Positions 29,200 to 38,705 of a DNA stretch of 64,000 nt are shown here, in pieces. Position 1 is the first letter of the stretch; every line of letters starts with the position of its first letter. A model generated the notes under the pieces. That model was not told the DNA's origin. It did not search any database and was given only the letters and a program-made list of their open reading frames with translations. Origin of the DNA: a virus; IMG/VR virus record IMGVR_UViG_3300010366_000011, positions 29,038-93,037 of that record; one strand, 5' to 3'. A program made the position numbers and the translations under genes.

Positions 29200-29631
29200 T
29201 CACGACTTGTTGGGCGGGGCCTCGGCGGGTCTGGGATGGCCACAGGCGTGGCAGAAGGGATGCTCAGCCGGCCGCAGGCGATGACACGTCCCGCAGTACC
29301 AACGCTTTGGCGGACGCCAGGTCGGGTTCTGCAGGCGGAACACGATCTCCTCTGCCAGATCGGACAGACGTTTGTCCACCCGGCGCTGGTATGAGCGCAC
29401 CGACGCCCTGGCCTGATCCGGGATCGGTGCATCGACAGCCCCGCGCGCGCTACCTACCTCCGTCAGGCTTCCACCGTATGAGGGACTGGCGGCAAACTGG
29501 AGGAGGCGGTAGGCCGCCAGGACTCTAGCGACACTGGGGGGCATCGGCCTCTCCCTACTCCCGTTGGGCGGAGCCATGCCCGCGGGCTCGGGCCTGACAG
29601 GTGGCCGATCCACGCGTCGCACGCTACCCAA
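29200..29631 (-). CDS. Hypothetical protein with C-terminal Zn ribbon
   Basis: YCGTC...FCHACG; start uncertain. Confidence 0.5.
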   Translation of the reverse strand: MGSVRRVDRPPVRPEPAGMAPPNGSRERPMPPSVARVLAAYRLLQFAASPSYGGSLTEVGSARGAVDAPIPDQARASVRSYQRRVDKRLSDLAEEIVFRLQNPTWRPPKRWYCGTCHRLRPAEHPFCHACGHPRPAEAPPNKS

Positions 29632-29728
29632 TCCTGTGTCGCCCTCCCAATCAGTGACACCCGAATTTCGCGGAGTTTAGCCTACCGGCGCTCCACTCCC
29701 CTTTCTTTGAAAGATTGTCACTGGGGGC

Positions 29729-29773
29729 TTGACAGTCCCATCTGTCGGGTGTATGGTCTACCTACAAGGTAAA
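29729..29773 (+). promoter_or_regulatory. Sigma70-type promoter followed by ACAAGGTAAA motif
   Basis: TTGACA-17-TATGGT, then 6 nt, then ACAAGGTAAA. Confidence 0.75.
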
Positions 29774-29995
29774 TTCAACGACGAAGGGAGACCCAAACTC
29801 GACAGGATCCCAAGTGAAAGGGCGAGGGCCGCCGGTCCGGCCTAGCCCTGGGCTCGCTGGGCCAACATAGCCCGGTGGTTCGAGGCGGCCGGGGGAAACC
29901 CCGGTACGTACAGGCCAGCCGGGTTGAGGCCCTTCCCGGGGCAACTAGGGTCGAGAGGCGCCACGCGGGTGGTCTTCGGGCCCTCGCCCTTCGCC
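29764..29995 (+). ncRNA. Candidate structured ncRNA / long 5' leader
   Basis: Perfect 13-bp long-range stem 29818-29830/29979-29991 enclosing nested hairpins (e.g. CCGGGG-GAAA-CCCCGG). Confidence 0.45.
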
Positions 29996-30034
29996 GCAGC
30001 CCACAAGGTAAATCTCACCCGAAGGGAGATCCAC

Positions 30035-30163
30035 ATGGCGAAGACCGCTGTTACCCCTGCTCCGAAGCCGAAGCCTGTACCGAAGCTGCTTGTCGGCTCC
30101 GGTGCTCCCTACTGGGACCTGGGCAATCCGCACCAGATTCTCTACGTTCCGAGGGCGCGCTGA
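30035..30163 (+). CDS. Small hypothetical protein
   Basis: AAGGGAG SD, preceded by ACAAGGTAAA at 30003. Confidence 0.5.
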   Translation: MAKTAVTPAPKPKPVPKLLVGSGAPYWDLGNPHQILYVPRAR

Positions 30164-30320
30164 TCCCCCCAGCCGCCTTGCCACCCACGATCGGGGGTTG
30201 GGCTCTGGCTCAGCCCCCGAGAAAGGTTCAAGACCATGAAGCTGTCCTTCGATCACGGCCAAGCGGTCCAGTTCACCGCCGTGTGGCCGGGGCGCTTGCC
30301 CGCGAGGAGGTGCCTGCCTG

Positions 30321-30644
30321 ATGGCCGATGACTGTCCCGCCTGCAGCTTCCCAGATGGCGCCCGGGAGCCGCATATTTGCCTTGGGCCGGCTCCTCCGGG
30401 GTCCTGTTGGCCAGCAGATGTCGAGGCTGCCTTACTGGCCGATCTGGTCTCCGCTGCTGGTATCGCGGAGACGGCTGGCGTGAAGCTGAACACCGTCCGG
30501 GTGTGGAGGCGCCGGTGGCCGACCTTTCCCAAGCCCCTCGAGGCTCCGGGTGTCGACCGGAAACTCTGGCGGTGGTCGGAGGTCAAAGCATGGCTGGAGG
30601 GCGGCCTCGCTGCCCGCCGCGGTGACGAGGGAGCTACGTCATGA
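30321..30644 (+). CDS. HTH DNA-binding protein (AlpA/excisionase-like)
   Basis: LVSAAGIAETAGVKLNTVRVWRRRWPTFPKP...WRWSEVKAWL. Confidence 0.7.
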   Translation: MADDCPACSFPDGAREPHICLGPAPPGSCWPADVEAALLADLVSAAGIAETAGVKLNTVRVWRRRWPTFPKPLEAPGVDRKLWRWSEVKAWLEGGLAARRGDEGATS

Positions 30645-31228
30645 AAGCTCTTACGCTCACCCAGCCCTGGGCCACCCTCGTGGCGATCGGTGCCAAATCG
30701 ATCGAGACCCGGTCCTGGCGGTCCGCCTACCGGGGACCACTGGCGATCCACGCCTCGGCCAGCATGCCGGAAGCTTTCCGACACCTATGCGTCCCCGGCC
30801 CGGGCTACACCCGTAACGCCATCTGGGATGCGTTCCAGACTGCCGGCGTCAAGGGGCCCCGCCGCACTGATCGTCGGGTTACTACTGGCAACCTTCCCCT
30901 CGGCGCCGTAGTGGCAACGTGCGAGCTCGTGGACTGCGCTCTCATCGGCGGTCCGTACTCGTTCCGGACCGGCCTCGTGGAGGGCGACGAGGGTGACTAC
31001 CCAGGCCGGGCCGTCCTGGTGCGCCGGGAGGCTATGTTGTCGTGGGATCCCCCCGGTGGGGTACTCATCCTTGACGATGCTGAGACCCGGTGCACCGACG
31101 TATCGTCCGAGCTCCCCTTCGGCGATTTCACCCCCGGCCGCTGGGGGTGGATCTTGGACAACATCATCGCCCTTTCCGAACCTATTCCCGTCAAGGGCGC
31201 GCTCGGGCTTTGGGAGTGGCAACGATGA
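30641..31228 (+). CDS. ASCH domain protein
   Basis: MKALTLTQPWATLVAIGAKSIETRSW...YRGPLAIHA...PIPVKGALGLW. Confidence 0.9.
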   Translation: MKALTLTQPWATLVAIGAKSIETRSWRSAYRGPLAIHASASMPEAFRHLCVPGPGYTRNAIWDAFQTAGVKGPRRTDRRVTTGNLPLGAVVATCELVDCALIGGPYSFRTGLVEGDEGDYPGRAVLVRREAMLSWDPPGGVLILDDAETRCTDVSSELPFGDFTPGRWGWILDNIIALSEPIPVKGALGLWEWQR

Positions 31229-31485
31229 TCCGTTTCCTCGCACAGCTCGCCGCTGCCGGCATCGTCGGGTTTGCCCTCACCGTCCTGGCTGCCCTGGCGG
31301 CCACCCTCATGCTGATCGCCTTCGGTCTTCTGATCCTGGTTTGGCTCGCGGGCTTGATCTGGGTAGCCGCCACCATTGGGGGAATGAAGGCGGTTGTTTG
31401 GCTCGCGGATTGGAGCCGGCGCCGGATTGAGAAGCACTACGGTGCCTCCCACCAGGAGCTTCCTGATTGGTTTGACCGGCCATGA
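31225..31485 (+). CDS. Membrane protein
   Basis: Long hydrophobic stretch; ATGA coupling. Confidence 0.55.
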   Translation: MIRFLAQLAAAGIVGFALTVLAALAATLMLIAFGLLILVWLAGLIWVAATIGGMKAVVWLADWSRRRIEKHYGASHQELPDWFDRP

Positions 31486-31649
31486 CCGTCCTCGGTTTCG
31501 CCCTCGCGGTCCTGGCTGCCCTGGCGGCCACCCTCATGCTGATCGCCCTGGTAGCACTTCGGCTCGTCCTGCTTCCCGTGATCCTCCTGGTCACCGTGTG
31601 GGCGGTGCTGCTGCCCAGGCCCCGGAAGAGAAGTCGCCGGCGACGGTAG
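31482..31649 (+). CDS. Membrane protein (paralogue of the preceding gene)
   Basis: MTVLGFALAVLAALAATLMLIAL...; shares a 39-bp exact repeat with the preceding gene. Confidence 0.5.
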   Translation: MTVLGFALAVLAALAATLMLIALVALRLVLLPVILLVTVWAVLLPRPRKRSRRRR

Positions 31650-31651
31650 CC

Positions 31652-31837
31652 ATGTCCTGGGATTTGCTGGAGCTGTCGGGCATGGCCGGCCTCGCTGTCG
31701 CCCTAGCCGTGTTCGCCCTGGGCTGCTTGCTGATCGCGGTCGCCCTGGCGGGGTGGTGGCTCTGGCAGGTAGTCCGCTATCTCCGATGGCGACTTGCCAA
31801 TCATCGGAATCAGATGTATGATGACCGTACAAGGTAA
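31652..31837 (+). CDS. Membrane protein
   Basis: MSWDLLELSGMAGLAVALAVFALGC... Confidence 0.45.
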   Translation: MSWDLLELSGMAGLAVALAVFALGCLLIAVALAGWWLWQVVRYLRWRLANHRNQMYDDRTR

Positions 31838-31838
31838 A
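31794..31838 (+). promoter_or_regulatory. Sigma70-type promoter followed by ACAAGGTAAA motif
   Basis: TTGCCA-17-TATGAT, then 6 nt, then ACAAGGTAAA. Confidence 0.7.
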
Positions 31839-31859
31839 CCTCCCCGAAAGGAGCCCACC

Positions 31860-32159
31860 ATGAACCTCCCTGCCCACCGAGCCGCCTTCATCGCCTGCCC
31901 CAGCGACCACTCGCTGGACAACATCACCGGGTACCACGTCCGGGTGACCGTGACCGACGAGGGTCACATCGTCAACGGCCCGGTCATCGCCGTGGTCGAA
32001 GGCGCCACCAACTACGGCGCTGCTCTCGAGGTCGTCCACGCCTACCGGGATGCCCACCCGAAGGGCTACGCCATCATTGACCAGATCCACGCCTGCGGGC
32101 ACTCGTCGGCAGACTGGGACTGGGCCGAGCGGGCGGAGATTGTCGCCCAAGTCGGATGA
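31860..32159 (+). CDS. Hypothetical protein
   Basis: AAAGGAG SD, downstream of a promoter. Confidence 0.65.
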   Translation: MNLPAHRAAFIACPSDHSLDNITGYHVRVTVTDEGHIVNGPVIAVVEGATNYGAALEVVHAYRDAHPKGYAIIDQIHACGHSSADWDWAERAEIVAQVG

Positions 32160-32631
32160 CGTGCGACGCCACGACCTAGGCACCGGACTCGGGGAACGCC
32201 TCCGGCTGGCTCGGGAAGAGCTGGGCTGGCCGGTTATGGAGTGAAGTTGACAAGGCGGCGCGGGCGACCTACGAAGAAAGTATCGAGCAGCCCAAAGGCA
32301 CTGGGTAGGGCAGAGGATGGCGGGACTGACGGACTACCTCCTTATCTTCTCCCGCCCATCTCAGGGGACACGGGCCTCGCAGACCTTGCAGCGGACAGCG
32401 GTGAGCTTCAGAGCCGTGACGTCGTCTGTGAACATGCGCCGCAGGATTCGCTCCGGTACACCTCGGTGGCCGCAGAGGGTAGGCCAGTACTGGCGGATGC
32501 CATCGGGGTCAAGGCCCTTGTTCGGATCAAGGATATGGCGCTTGCCAGCCGCGTAGGAATTGGTTGTGAAGATATCCGCGGGATCCATTGGCCCAAAGAG
32601 TATCCCCCCTGCCCCGACGTGGGTCGAGGAT

Positions 32632-33018
32632 TCAGGGCAGTTGACCCTTCGGCCCGGTCATCTTCGGGTGCCCAAGTCGATCACGGGGAGGCTCCGGCGT
32701 ACCGTGCAGGTAGCGATCCTTCCACCAGCAGACCGGACAGTCCCCCTGCTCATACGGCCAGTCAGGTTCCGGACCGGGATCTTGCCAACCCTCCCCGACG
32801 ACTACGCTCGTGATTCCCTCACTAGCACCGCATCCTATACATCGGCACCACGTGCCCATCAGAACCGCAGCAGGCCCGAGACGGGGCCACCCGTGGAGGT
32901 AGACTAGCTCCTTCGGCGCCATGGGTTCTGGTTTGGGCTCCGTCACCGGGTCAACATACAGCGCGCGGTGGACGCTCGCCGCTACCACGTGAACCAGGCC
33001 AACAGTTCGGTCGGTCAT
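32632..33018 (-). CDS. Hypothetical protein (Cys motifs)
   Basis: CRCIGC...CPVC. Confidence 0.45.
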   Translation of the reverse strand: MTDRTVGLVHVVAASVHRALYVDPVTEPKPEPMAPKELVYLHGWPRLGPAAVLMGTWCRCIGCGASEGITSVVVGEGWQDPGPEPDWPYEQGDCPVCWWKDRYLHGTPEPPRDRLGHPKMTGPKGQLP

Positions 33019-33022
33019 CAAT

Positions 33023-33424
33023 CTACCCTTCCTCGCCGCGCTCACCGAGTTCCTTGGCCACCCTCCGGAGCACGTCGGCGACCTCGCCAGCCGTGCGATC
33101 CTCATCATCGTTCCAAGCCGCGATGTTGTCCCAACCCAGGCGACGAATGAAGCTCTCCAGAGAGCGCTCCGCCTGGCCGACGAAGTGCCTTCCCCGCCTG
33201 AGGCGGGCATCTGCCCGGATCGCCCCCGCCGCGCACCAGCGTTGCGCTCTCGGGTCCTCCGGCTGGCACACCGCCCCACCGCCATCCCTCGCACCCACGC
33301 CCTGGACCCAGCCCCCGAACTGAACCATGTCGGCGGCTGCCAGAAGGTGAGCAATGGTATCTGCGGTCGGCTCGGCCGGCAGCGTGGCCCCGGCGCCGCC
33401 CCTGCCCCGCCACGGCCAGGTCAC
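33023..33424 (-). CDS. DUF6197-like phage protein
   Basis: GWVQG...WCAAGAI...IAAWNDDEDRTAGEVADVL. Confidence 0.6.
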   Translation of the reverse strand: MTWPWRGRGGAGATLPAEPTADTIAHLLAAADMVQFGGWVQGVGARDGGGAVCQPEDPRAQRWCAAGAIRADARLRRGRHFVGQAERSLESFIRRLGWDNIAAWNDDEDRTAGEVADVLRRVAKELGERGEEG

Positions 33425-33645
33425 TTCGAGGCCGCCAGCCAGGTGACCTCCGCCTGGGCACGCGCGAGCAGGTCAGGGTCCGTGTTCCGACCATGCTCGA
33501 GGTCGCTGTAGACCTGGGCGGGGATGCCCAAGGCTTTCGCCAGATCCCGCAGGCTGAGGCCCGCCCCGACCCGTGCCTCCCAGAGCCGCTGGGCAGCTGA
33601 GGTTGTGAGGGTAGGAACGGGACGGGCCCCGCCGCATCGGTTCAC
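33421..33645 (-). CDS. XRE-family HTH protein
   Basis: LWEARVGAGLSLRDLAKALGIPAQVYSDLEHG. Confidence 0.75.
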   Translation of the reverse strand: MNRCGGARPVPTLTTSAAQRLWEARVGAGLSLRDLAKALGIPAQVYSDLEHGRNTDPDLLARAQAEVTWLAASK

Positions 33646-34127
33646 GCCGGGTCGATCACCGTGGCGGTGAGGGTGTTGCCCTCCCGGTGGATCTTGACAC
33701 TCAGGCCGGCCTTGCGCGCCAGGGTGTAGACCTGGGCGCTGGCCGTGGCGTGCGGCGTCTTCCCGCCGGTGGGGCCGACGCTCGGAACCGTGATGACCAG
33801 CGTGCCGTCGCGCTGCAAGGCCTCGAGGTACTCGGCGTTGCGGCTGCCGGCCCGGACCCGGCCGCTGGCGCCGGTCGGAAGGTGAATCTTGTCGGCCGCG
33901 TAGAAGTGTGGTTTGCCCTCGCGGTCGATGACCCGGGCCTGAAGGATGCCCTTGCCCCGGGTGCGGCGGTAGAAATCGAAGGTGAAGATGCCGCGCTGTC
34001 CGTCGACGGCGATCTCCTGGCCCTTCGCAAAGGCCGGAGGCTCCGGTGCTTCGGGCACGAGTACAGCAAGCTCCTCGACGGGCTCGGTGGCTTCGGGTGC
34101 GGCGTCAAGCTCTGCAGCGTCAATCAT
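33642..34127 (-). CDS. Hypothetical protein
   Basis: 161 aa with coupled stop and start. Confidence 0.6.
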   Translation of the reverse strand: MIDAAELDAAPEATEPVEELAVLVPEAPEPPAFAKGQEIAVDGQRGIFTFDFYRRTRGKGILQARVIDREGKPHFYAADKIHLPTGASGRVRAGSRNAEYLEALQRDGTLVITVPSVGPTGGKTPHATASAQVYTLARKAGLSVKIHREGNTLTATVIDPA

Positions 34128-34339
34128 GGACCTTCCCCTTGCTCGGACGACGGGCCTTGTTCCCGCCGATCAAGCACCAGTATCCGCACTCTGTCACCAA
34201 AAGCAATGGGTAATGCTCAGAAAGCACGTGAACAGTCCTTAACCCTTCGGTACGTCGAAGGTCTCCAGATGACGCAGGTGCTGGCGGGTGATGGCCGGGA
34301 GGCCGTTCCACCAGCCCCGCAGGCGACGCAGCCAGCGCC

Positions 34340-35569
34340 TCACGCCAGCTCCGGATGGAGGGCCGCCAGGCGCTCGAGCGCCACGGCGGTGTACTTCGGG
34401 ACCAGCTCCATGAGTCTCGCCCTCCGACCCCCCAGTTCGCATGCGACGGCGGTGCTGCCGCTCCCGCCGAAGGGATCGTAAACCAGCGCGCCCGGTTCAC
34501 TCGAATTTTCCAGAGCGCCGGTGATCAGCCCCAGGGGTTTGGTGGTCGGGTGCAGCTCGGAACGCTTCGGTCGGTCGACGTCAAGCACGGTGCTGGCGGC
34601 CTTGCCGTACCAGGGAAGCTCGCCCGCTCCCGTTCCCGTTGCTCCATAGAGCACATTCTCATGGCGGTAGTGGTAGTCCGAGTGACCGAGCACCATGGTG
34701 TCCTTCTTCCAGACCAGACTGCGCTCGAGGCGCCAGCCGGCGGCCCGGATCGCCCGCACGAAGATCAGCCAGTGCCGCCCTGCCGGGGCGGCACTGTAGA
34801 AAGGAGCGCTGGGGATCAGGTGCGAGGTGGCCACCCGGAACACCCGGGCGAGGAGGTCGGGAAGCTCCGCCAGGTGGTCGTTGTCGATCGTCAGGGCATC
34901 CGCCGTCTTCCCCTCGTAGTCGACGCCGTAAGGCGGATCCGTCCACAGCAGGTCTGCCAGCTTGCCGTCGAGAAGCCTCGCCACGGCGTCGGGGTCGCGG
35001 CTGTCCCCGCACATGAGCCGGTGCTCGCCAGCCACCCAGACCTGACCCGACGCCACCTTCCACTTCGCTTGCAGGGCCTCGGCGGCGTCGACGTCCTCGG
35101 CAAGACAGTCTTCATCACCAGCCGATCCCCCGGTACCGATCCCAACGCCGATCCCCTTGCCGAACCCTTCTAGCATGAGGGTCAGACCGGCGTGCAGATC
35201 CATAGCATCCATGTCAATCGAGCCCATGAGCGCCTCGTAGGCTTTCGGGCTGGCCTGCGCCAGCGCCGAAAGTGGGTCGACCAGCGCCAGGGCCAGGCGC
35301 TCCTCTTCCGGGCTCAGGTCGATGTAGCTGACCGGTACGACCGGCTCGTTGCGGCTGAGGGCAAGCGCCACGCGCAAGTGGCCGTCGACCACATGGCCGG
35401 TGCGTTCGTTGACCGTGATCTCCGAGATCCACCCCAGGGCCTCCAGGGCACCCTCGAGGGCTTCCCGCTGGTCGAGCGGGTGGATCCTCCAGTTGTCCGG
35501 ATGGGCCAGGAGGCTGCCCGGATCCATGAGGCCCGCTCCGGTAAGCCGGTTGCGCCAGGGATCAGCCAT
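34340..35569 (-). CDS. ParB-like N-terminal domain + N6/N4 DNA methyltransferase
   Basis: VVDGHLR; WTDPPY; HPTTKP; DPFGGSGST. Confidence 0.9.
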   Translation of the reverse strand: MADPWRNRLTGAGLMDPGSLLAHPDNWRIHPLDQREALEGALEALGWISEITVNERTGHVVDGHLRVALALSRNEPVVPVSYIDLSPEEERLALALVDPLSALAQASPKAYEALMGSIDMDAMDLHAGLTLMLEGFGKGIGVGIGTGGSAGDEDCLAEDVDAAEALQAKWKVASGQVWVAGEHRLMCGDSRDPDAVARLLDGKLADLLWTDPPYGVDYEGKTADALTIDNDHLAELPDLLARVFRVATSHLIPSAPFYSAAPAGRHWLIFVRAIRAAGWRLERSLVWKKDTMVLGHSDYHYRHENVLYGATGTGAGELPWYGKAASTVLDVDRPKRSELHPTTKPLGLITGALENSSEPGALVYDPFGGSGSTAVACELGGRRARLMELVPKYTAVALERLAALHPELA

Positions 35570-35737
35570 CGAAGTCCTCCGGCGCATCCATGGACGTGTC
35601 CATTCCCTGGGGCGCAGGCGGAGGGTGAATCCCTGAGCCGTTACGCGCCCTCCACTCCAGATCGCCATGCAGCCGGTGGGCCAGGGGGCGGAGCACATCA
35701 CCCACCCAGCGGGCAGCCGTGGCCAGCCGGTGGCGGA

Positions 35738-35956
35738 TCACGAGAAAACCACCGCCAGCCAAAACTCACCAAGCGGGTCTGCCCGTACCGATAAGCCCCG
35801 CGCCTCCGCCACGCGCAGCATCATCTCAGCGTTCTCGACGTGGACTGTGAACTCTCGCCGTCCCTCGCCGGTATGCACCCAGACCATGCCCAGCTCCACT
35901 TCCAGCGTAAAGCTGGGATCGTCGGTATCGAAAGGGAGAAGAGGCTCTGCCGTCAC
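35738..35956 (-). CDS. Hypothetical protein
   Basis: PLLPFDTDDPSFTLEVELGMVW...; GTGA coupling. Confidence 0.5.
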   Translation of the reverse strand: MTAEPLLPFDTDDPSFTLEVELGMVWVHTGEGRREFTVHVENAEMMLRVAEARGLSVRADPLGEFWLAVVFS

Positions 35957-37110
35957 GACAGCCGCCGGGGAGCCTCGCCGGTGAAGCCCTCGTACCGCTG
36001 CAGGGTCAGGGCGACCATCCAAGGGTTGGCGTCAATGGCTCGCGCGGACCTACGGAGCTGCTGGCAGGCAATAACGGTGGTCCCGCTGCCGGCGAAGGGG
36101 TCCAGCACGGAGCCCCCTGCAGGCGAGGAGTTGCGAATCCCGATCGCCGCCAGCTCCACCGGCGTGCTGCGAGGCCGGCGCGGGATCTCGAACACCGATG
36201 TCTGGGTGTTGTCGCCGTGCCAGCGGCTGGCGTCGCCCCGGCCTCGCCCTGCGCGACCGGTGCCGGGAAGGTAGCCATACAGCAGATCGCCATGGGCCTG
36301 GTTGTACCCAGGCTCGTCGGTGGCAGGGCCGTCCTGCACCCACGCCAGCGATTCGTGCAGCCGCCACCCCGCCGCCTCAACGGCCTCCCACGTTTCCAGA
36401 ACGGCTGCCGGCGGTGCCAGGACGTAGAACGGGCTCCGGGGCTCCAGGAAGGCCGAGACGTTGCGAAGAGCTCCAACCAGCGGGACGCCGGCTGGCGGGC
36501 TCGTCCAGACCATGGCCGCCTTGGCCCCGGCCATGAGCGCTGCCACGTCGTCTCTGGCGAGCACGTCGCCGCACATCACCCGATGGGAGCCGGCCGCCCA
36601 GAGCTGGCCCGGCTCCACCCCCCACTGCTCGAGGAGATCATCGCCATCCGGAACGTCGTCCTCGGTGACTGGCTGCTGGCCGAGGCCGGCGCCGACCGTG
36701 GTTGCCAGATCCTCGAGCATGGCAACGATCGCGGGGTTGTCCGTGCTGATATCTGCCAACACCACGCCCAACTTTTCTCTATCGGCGACTGCCATGGCTG
36801 CGATGGGGTCCAGGGTGGCAATAGCCAGAGCCTCCTCCGCCTCGGAGAGCTCGACATAGCTCACGGGCACCGTGGGGTCGCCACGGCCGGCCGCCAGTTC
36901 AACCCGAAGGTGTCCGTTCACCACGTAACCCGTAGAGCGATTCACCGTGACCCGCTGGATCCACCCCAACTCATCCAAGCTGCCGGTGGTGGCCTCGGCC
37001 TGCCGGCGGGGATGCAGCCGGAAGTTCCGAGGGTTGGCGACCAGCGCCTTCGGATCTTCGTCACCCTGGCCGACGATCCGCGTCCGCCAGCGGGGCGGCG
37101 CCTCCGGCAC
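35953..37110 (-). CDS. ParB-like + DNA methyltransferase paralogue with degenerate catalytic motif
   Basis: Collinear with 34340-35569; retains DPFAGSGTT but has WTSPPAG in place of DPPY. Confidence 0.8.
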   Translation of the reverse strand: MPEAPPRWRTRIVGQGDEDPKALVANPRNFRLHPRRQAEATTGSLDELGWIQRVTVNRSTGYVVNGHLRVELAAGRGDPTVPVSYVELSEAEEALAIATLDPIAAMAVADREKLGVVLADISTDNPAIVAMLEDLATTVGAGLGQQPVTEDDVPDGDDLLEQWGVEPGQLWAAGSHRVMCGDVLARDDVAALMAGAKAAMVWTSPPAGVPLVGALRNVSAFLEPRSPFYVLAPPAAVLETWEAVEAAGWRLHESLAWVQDGPATDEPGYNQAHGDLLYGYLPGTGRAGRGRGDASRWHGDNTQTSVFEIPRRPRSTPVELAAIGIRNSSPAGGSVLDPFAGSGTTVIACQQLRRSARAIDANPWMVALTLQRYEGFTGEAPRRLS

Positions 37111-37452
37111 TAGACGGCGAGCTCGGGGTCCCAGAGGCGGTGGTCGGGGCAGGTCACGGTGTAGGTGGCCGTGCCGACGTACTCGGCGATCAGCTCGTCC
37201 GTTCTCTTGCACCCTTCGCGCAGGCACATCCCGCCCGGGTCCTCGTGGGTCACGGACGAAATGATACGCAGGTGGGTGTGCCGCCGTCGAGAAGCCCGGC
37301 GGGGCTTCGCTCTGGCGTCGGTAGCTTCCATGATGTTCCTAATTGTATGGGCACCTCCCGAAGTCCACAAGCTGCTTTGTCTACAAGTTCCCTCGTCTCC
37401 TTGTCATCCGATAACTGGCTAAATCTACAATCTTAGAATCGTCCCGCATGGC

Positions 37453-37497
37453 TTGACACCCTACCGCCCCAGATGTATTCTGTGACTACAAGGTAAA
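37453..37497 (+). promoter_or_regulatory. Sigma70-type promoter followed by ACAAGGTAAA motif
   Basis: TTGACA-17-TATTCT, then 6 nt, then ACAAGGTAAA. Confidence 0.8.
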
Positions 37498-37519
37498 CCT
37501 ACCGGAACGGAGACTGATC

Positions 37520-37831
37520 ATGGACTCGCAGATCACCGCAATCACCGCCGCGATCAAGGGCGTCAAGTGGACCCCCAACGTGTTTGGCGGCGTCGACATC
37601 CTTTATGCGGCCTACGGCAACTACCCCCGGGCTCCGCGGCTGCGCCTGGCGCTGGACGACACGGACCTTCAGGTCCACCTTTTCGAAGGCCACGTTTGCA
37701 CTGGCTCCATGCGATTCGACTCCGGGATCCCGACCGTCGTAGTCACCTCAGCCGTCGCTACCGCGGTGGACGAGGTCACCCAGACCACCTGGTCGGCCAG
37801 TGTCGGCCGCCGGATCAGCCGCGCCGTCTAG
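37520..37831 (+). CDS. Hypothetical protein
   Basis: GGAG SD, downstream of a promoter. Confidence 0.65.
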   Translation: MDSQITAITAAIKGVKWTPNVFGGVDILYAAYGNYPRAPRLRLALDDTDLQVHLFEGHVCTGSMRFDSGIPTVVVTSAVATAVDEVTQTTWSASVGRRISRAV

Positions 37832-37867
37832 TCCCCATCCGCCTTCCCCCAAAGAAGGAGCCCGTTC

Positions 37868-38140
37868 ATGAACCACCAGTCGCAAGTCCCGCCCGTTGTC
37901 TATGCCTACCTCCGCAACATCGGCACCGATCCCCGCAGCCACCCGACGATCGCTCAGGTCTTCAAGCCCGGCCGCGGATGGGTCCGCTACCCGGGCCGCA
38001 AGTTCATCAGCGCCTCGTGGGCTCAGAAGCTCCGGGCCTCGGAAGGCGTCACGCACCTGGGCCTGCGGGTCGCCCCTGGCCGGGTCGCCGACTTCAGCGT
38101 CGCCGAGATCCTCCGGCGTAAGCCCTGGCCGGTGGCCTAG
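37868..38140 (+). CDS. Hypothetical protein
   Basis: AAGGAG SD. Confidence 0.65.
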   Translation: MNHQSQVPPVVYAYLRNIGTDPRSHPTIAQVFKPGRGWVRYPGRKFISASWAQKLRASEGVTHLGLRVAPGRVADFSVAEILRRKPWPVA

Positions 38141-38379
38141 TCGCTGTAGCTGAAGGGAACCGTAGAAGCGTCGGACCCCCCGGGATGGGGGGTCCTTTGT
38201 GTTGCGGCCTCGAGAACCTCGAGCGCCGTTTCGATGGCCCGCTGGCAGATCGCCGACCAGTTGATCTTGCCCGGCGCCCGGTCCATGCGGTCCCGCAGGG
38301 AATCCGGCAGGTAGACGTTCAGGGGACGGTGCTGGCGCTGCCGGCGCGGCGGTGGCCTCCAGGTCGGGTCTGTGGTCAT
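38137..38379 (-). CDS. Ribbon-helix-helix (Arc/CcdA-like) protein
   Basis: LNVYLPDSLRDRM...INWSAICQRAIE. Confidence 0.6.
   Translation of the reverse strand: MTTDPTWRPPPRRQRQHRPLNVYLPDSLRDRMDRAPGKINWSAICQRAIETALEVLEAATQRTPHPGGSDASTVPFSYSD
38173..38200 (+). terminator. Putative intrinsic terminator
   Basis: GGACCCCCC-GGGAT-GGGGGGTCC followed by TTTGT, after the two + strand genes. Confidence 0.55.
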
Positions 38380-38705
38380 CGCGCCACCGCTGGGAAGCTC
38401 GAGCTGTAAAGCGGCTCGGGAGCGGGGCCCCATATCTCCCCGACCTCGGTAGCTCCGCCGGGGCATACGTAGGCCCTGACCGACTCCCGGGCCCGGGTGG
38501 CATCGCAGGTCACCACCCCGCAGGCTGGGCACCACACGAAGATCCGCTGAGTCCGTCCGTCCGGCGCGGTGGCGACGATCCGCTCGAGGTCCCTGCCGCA
38601 GTGCTCACACATCACCGGCACCGACCCGGTGGTCACCGATGGGTCCCAGCCGATCAGGGCGTTCCAAGCGCTGGCAGCGTCCTCTCCCGGCCATGGCCTG
38701 TCCAC
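38376..38705 (-). CDS. Hypothetical Zn-ribbon protein
   Basis: CEHC...CPAC; abuts the rsr stop. Confidence 0.5.
   Translation of the reverse strand: MDRPWPGEDAASAWNALIGWDPSVTTGSVPVMCEHCGRDLERIVATAPDGRTQRIFVWCPACGVVTCDATRARESVRAYVCPGGATEVGEIWGPAPEPLYSSSFPAVAR

Noticed and set aside
29060-29720. Genome terminus / pac or cos site, or att site
   Set aside because: The position upstream of terS is suggestive, but no diagnostic repeat is visible and no integrase was recognised; read data are needed.
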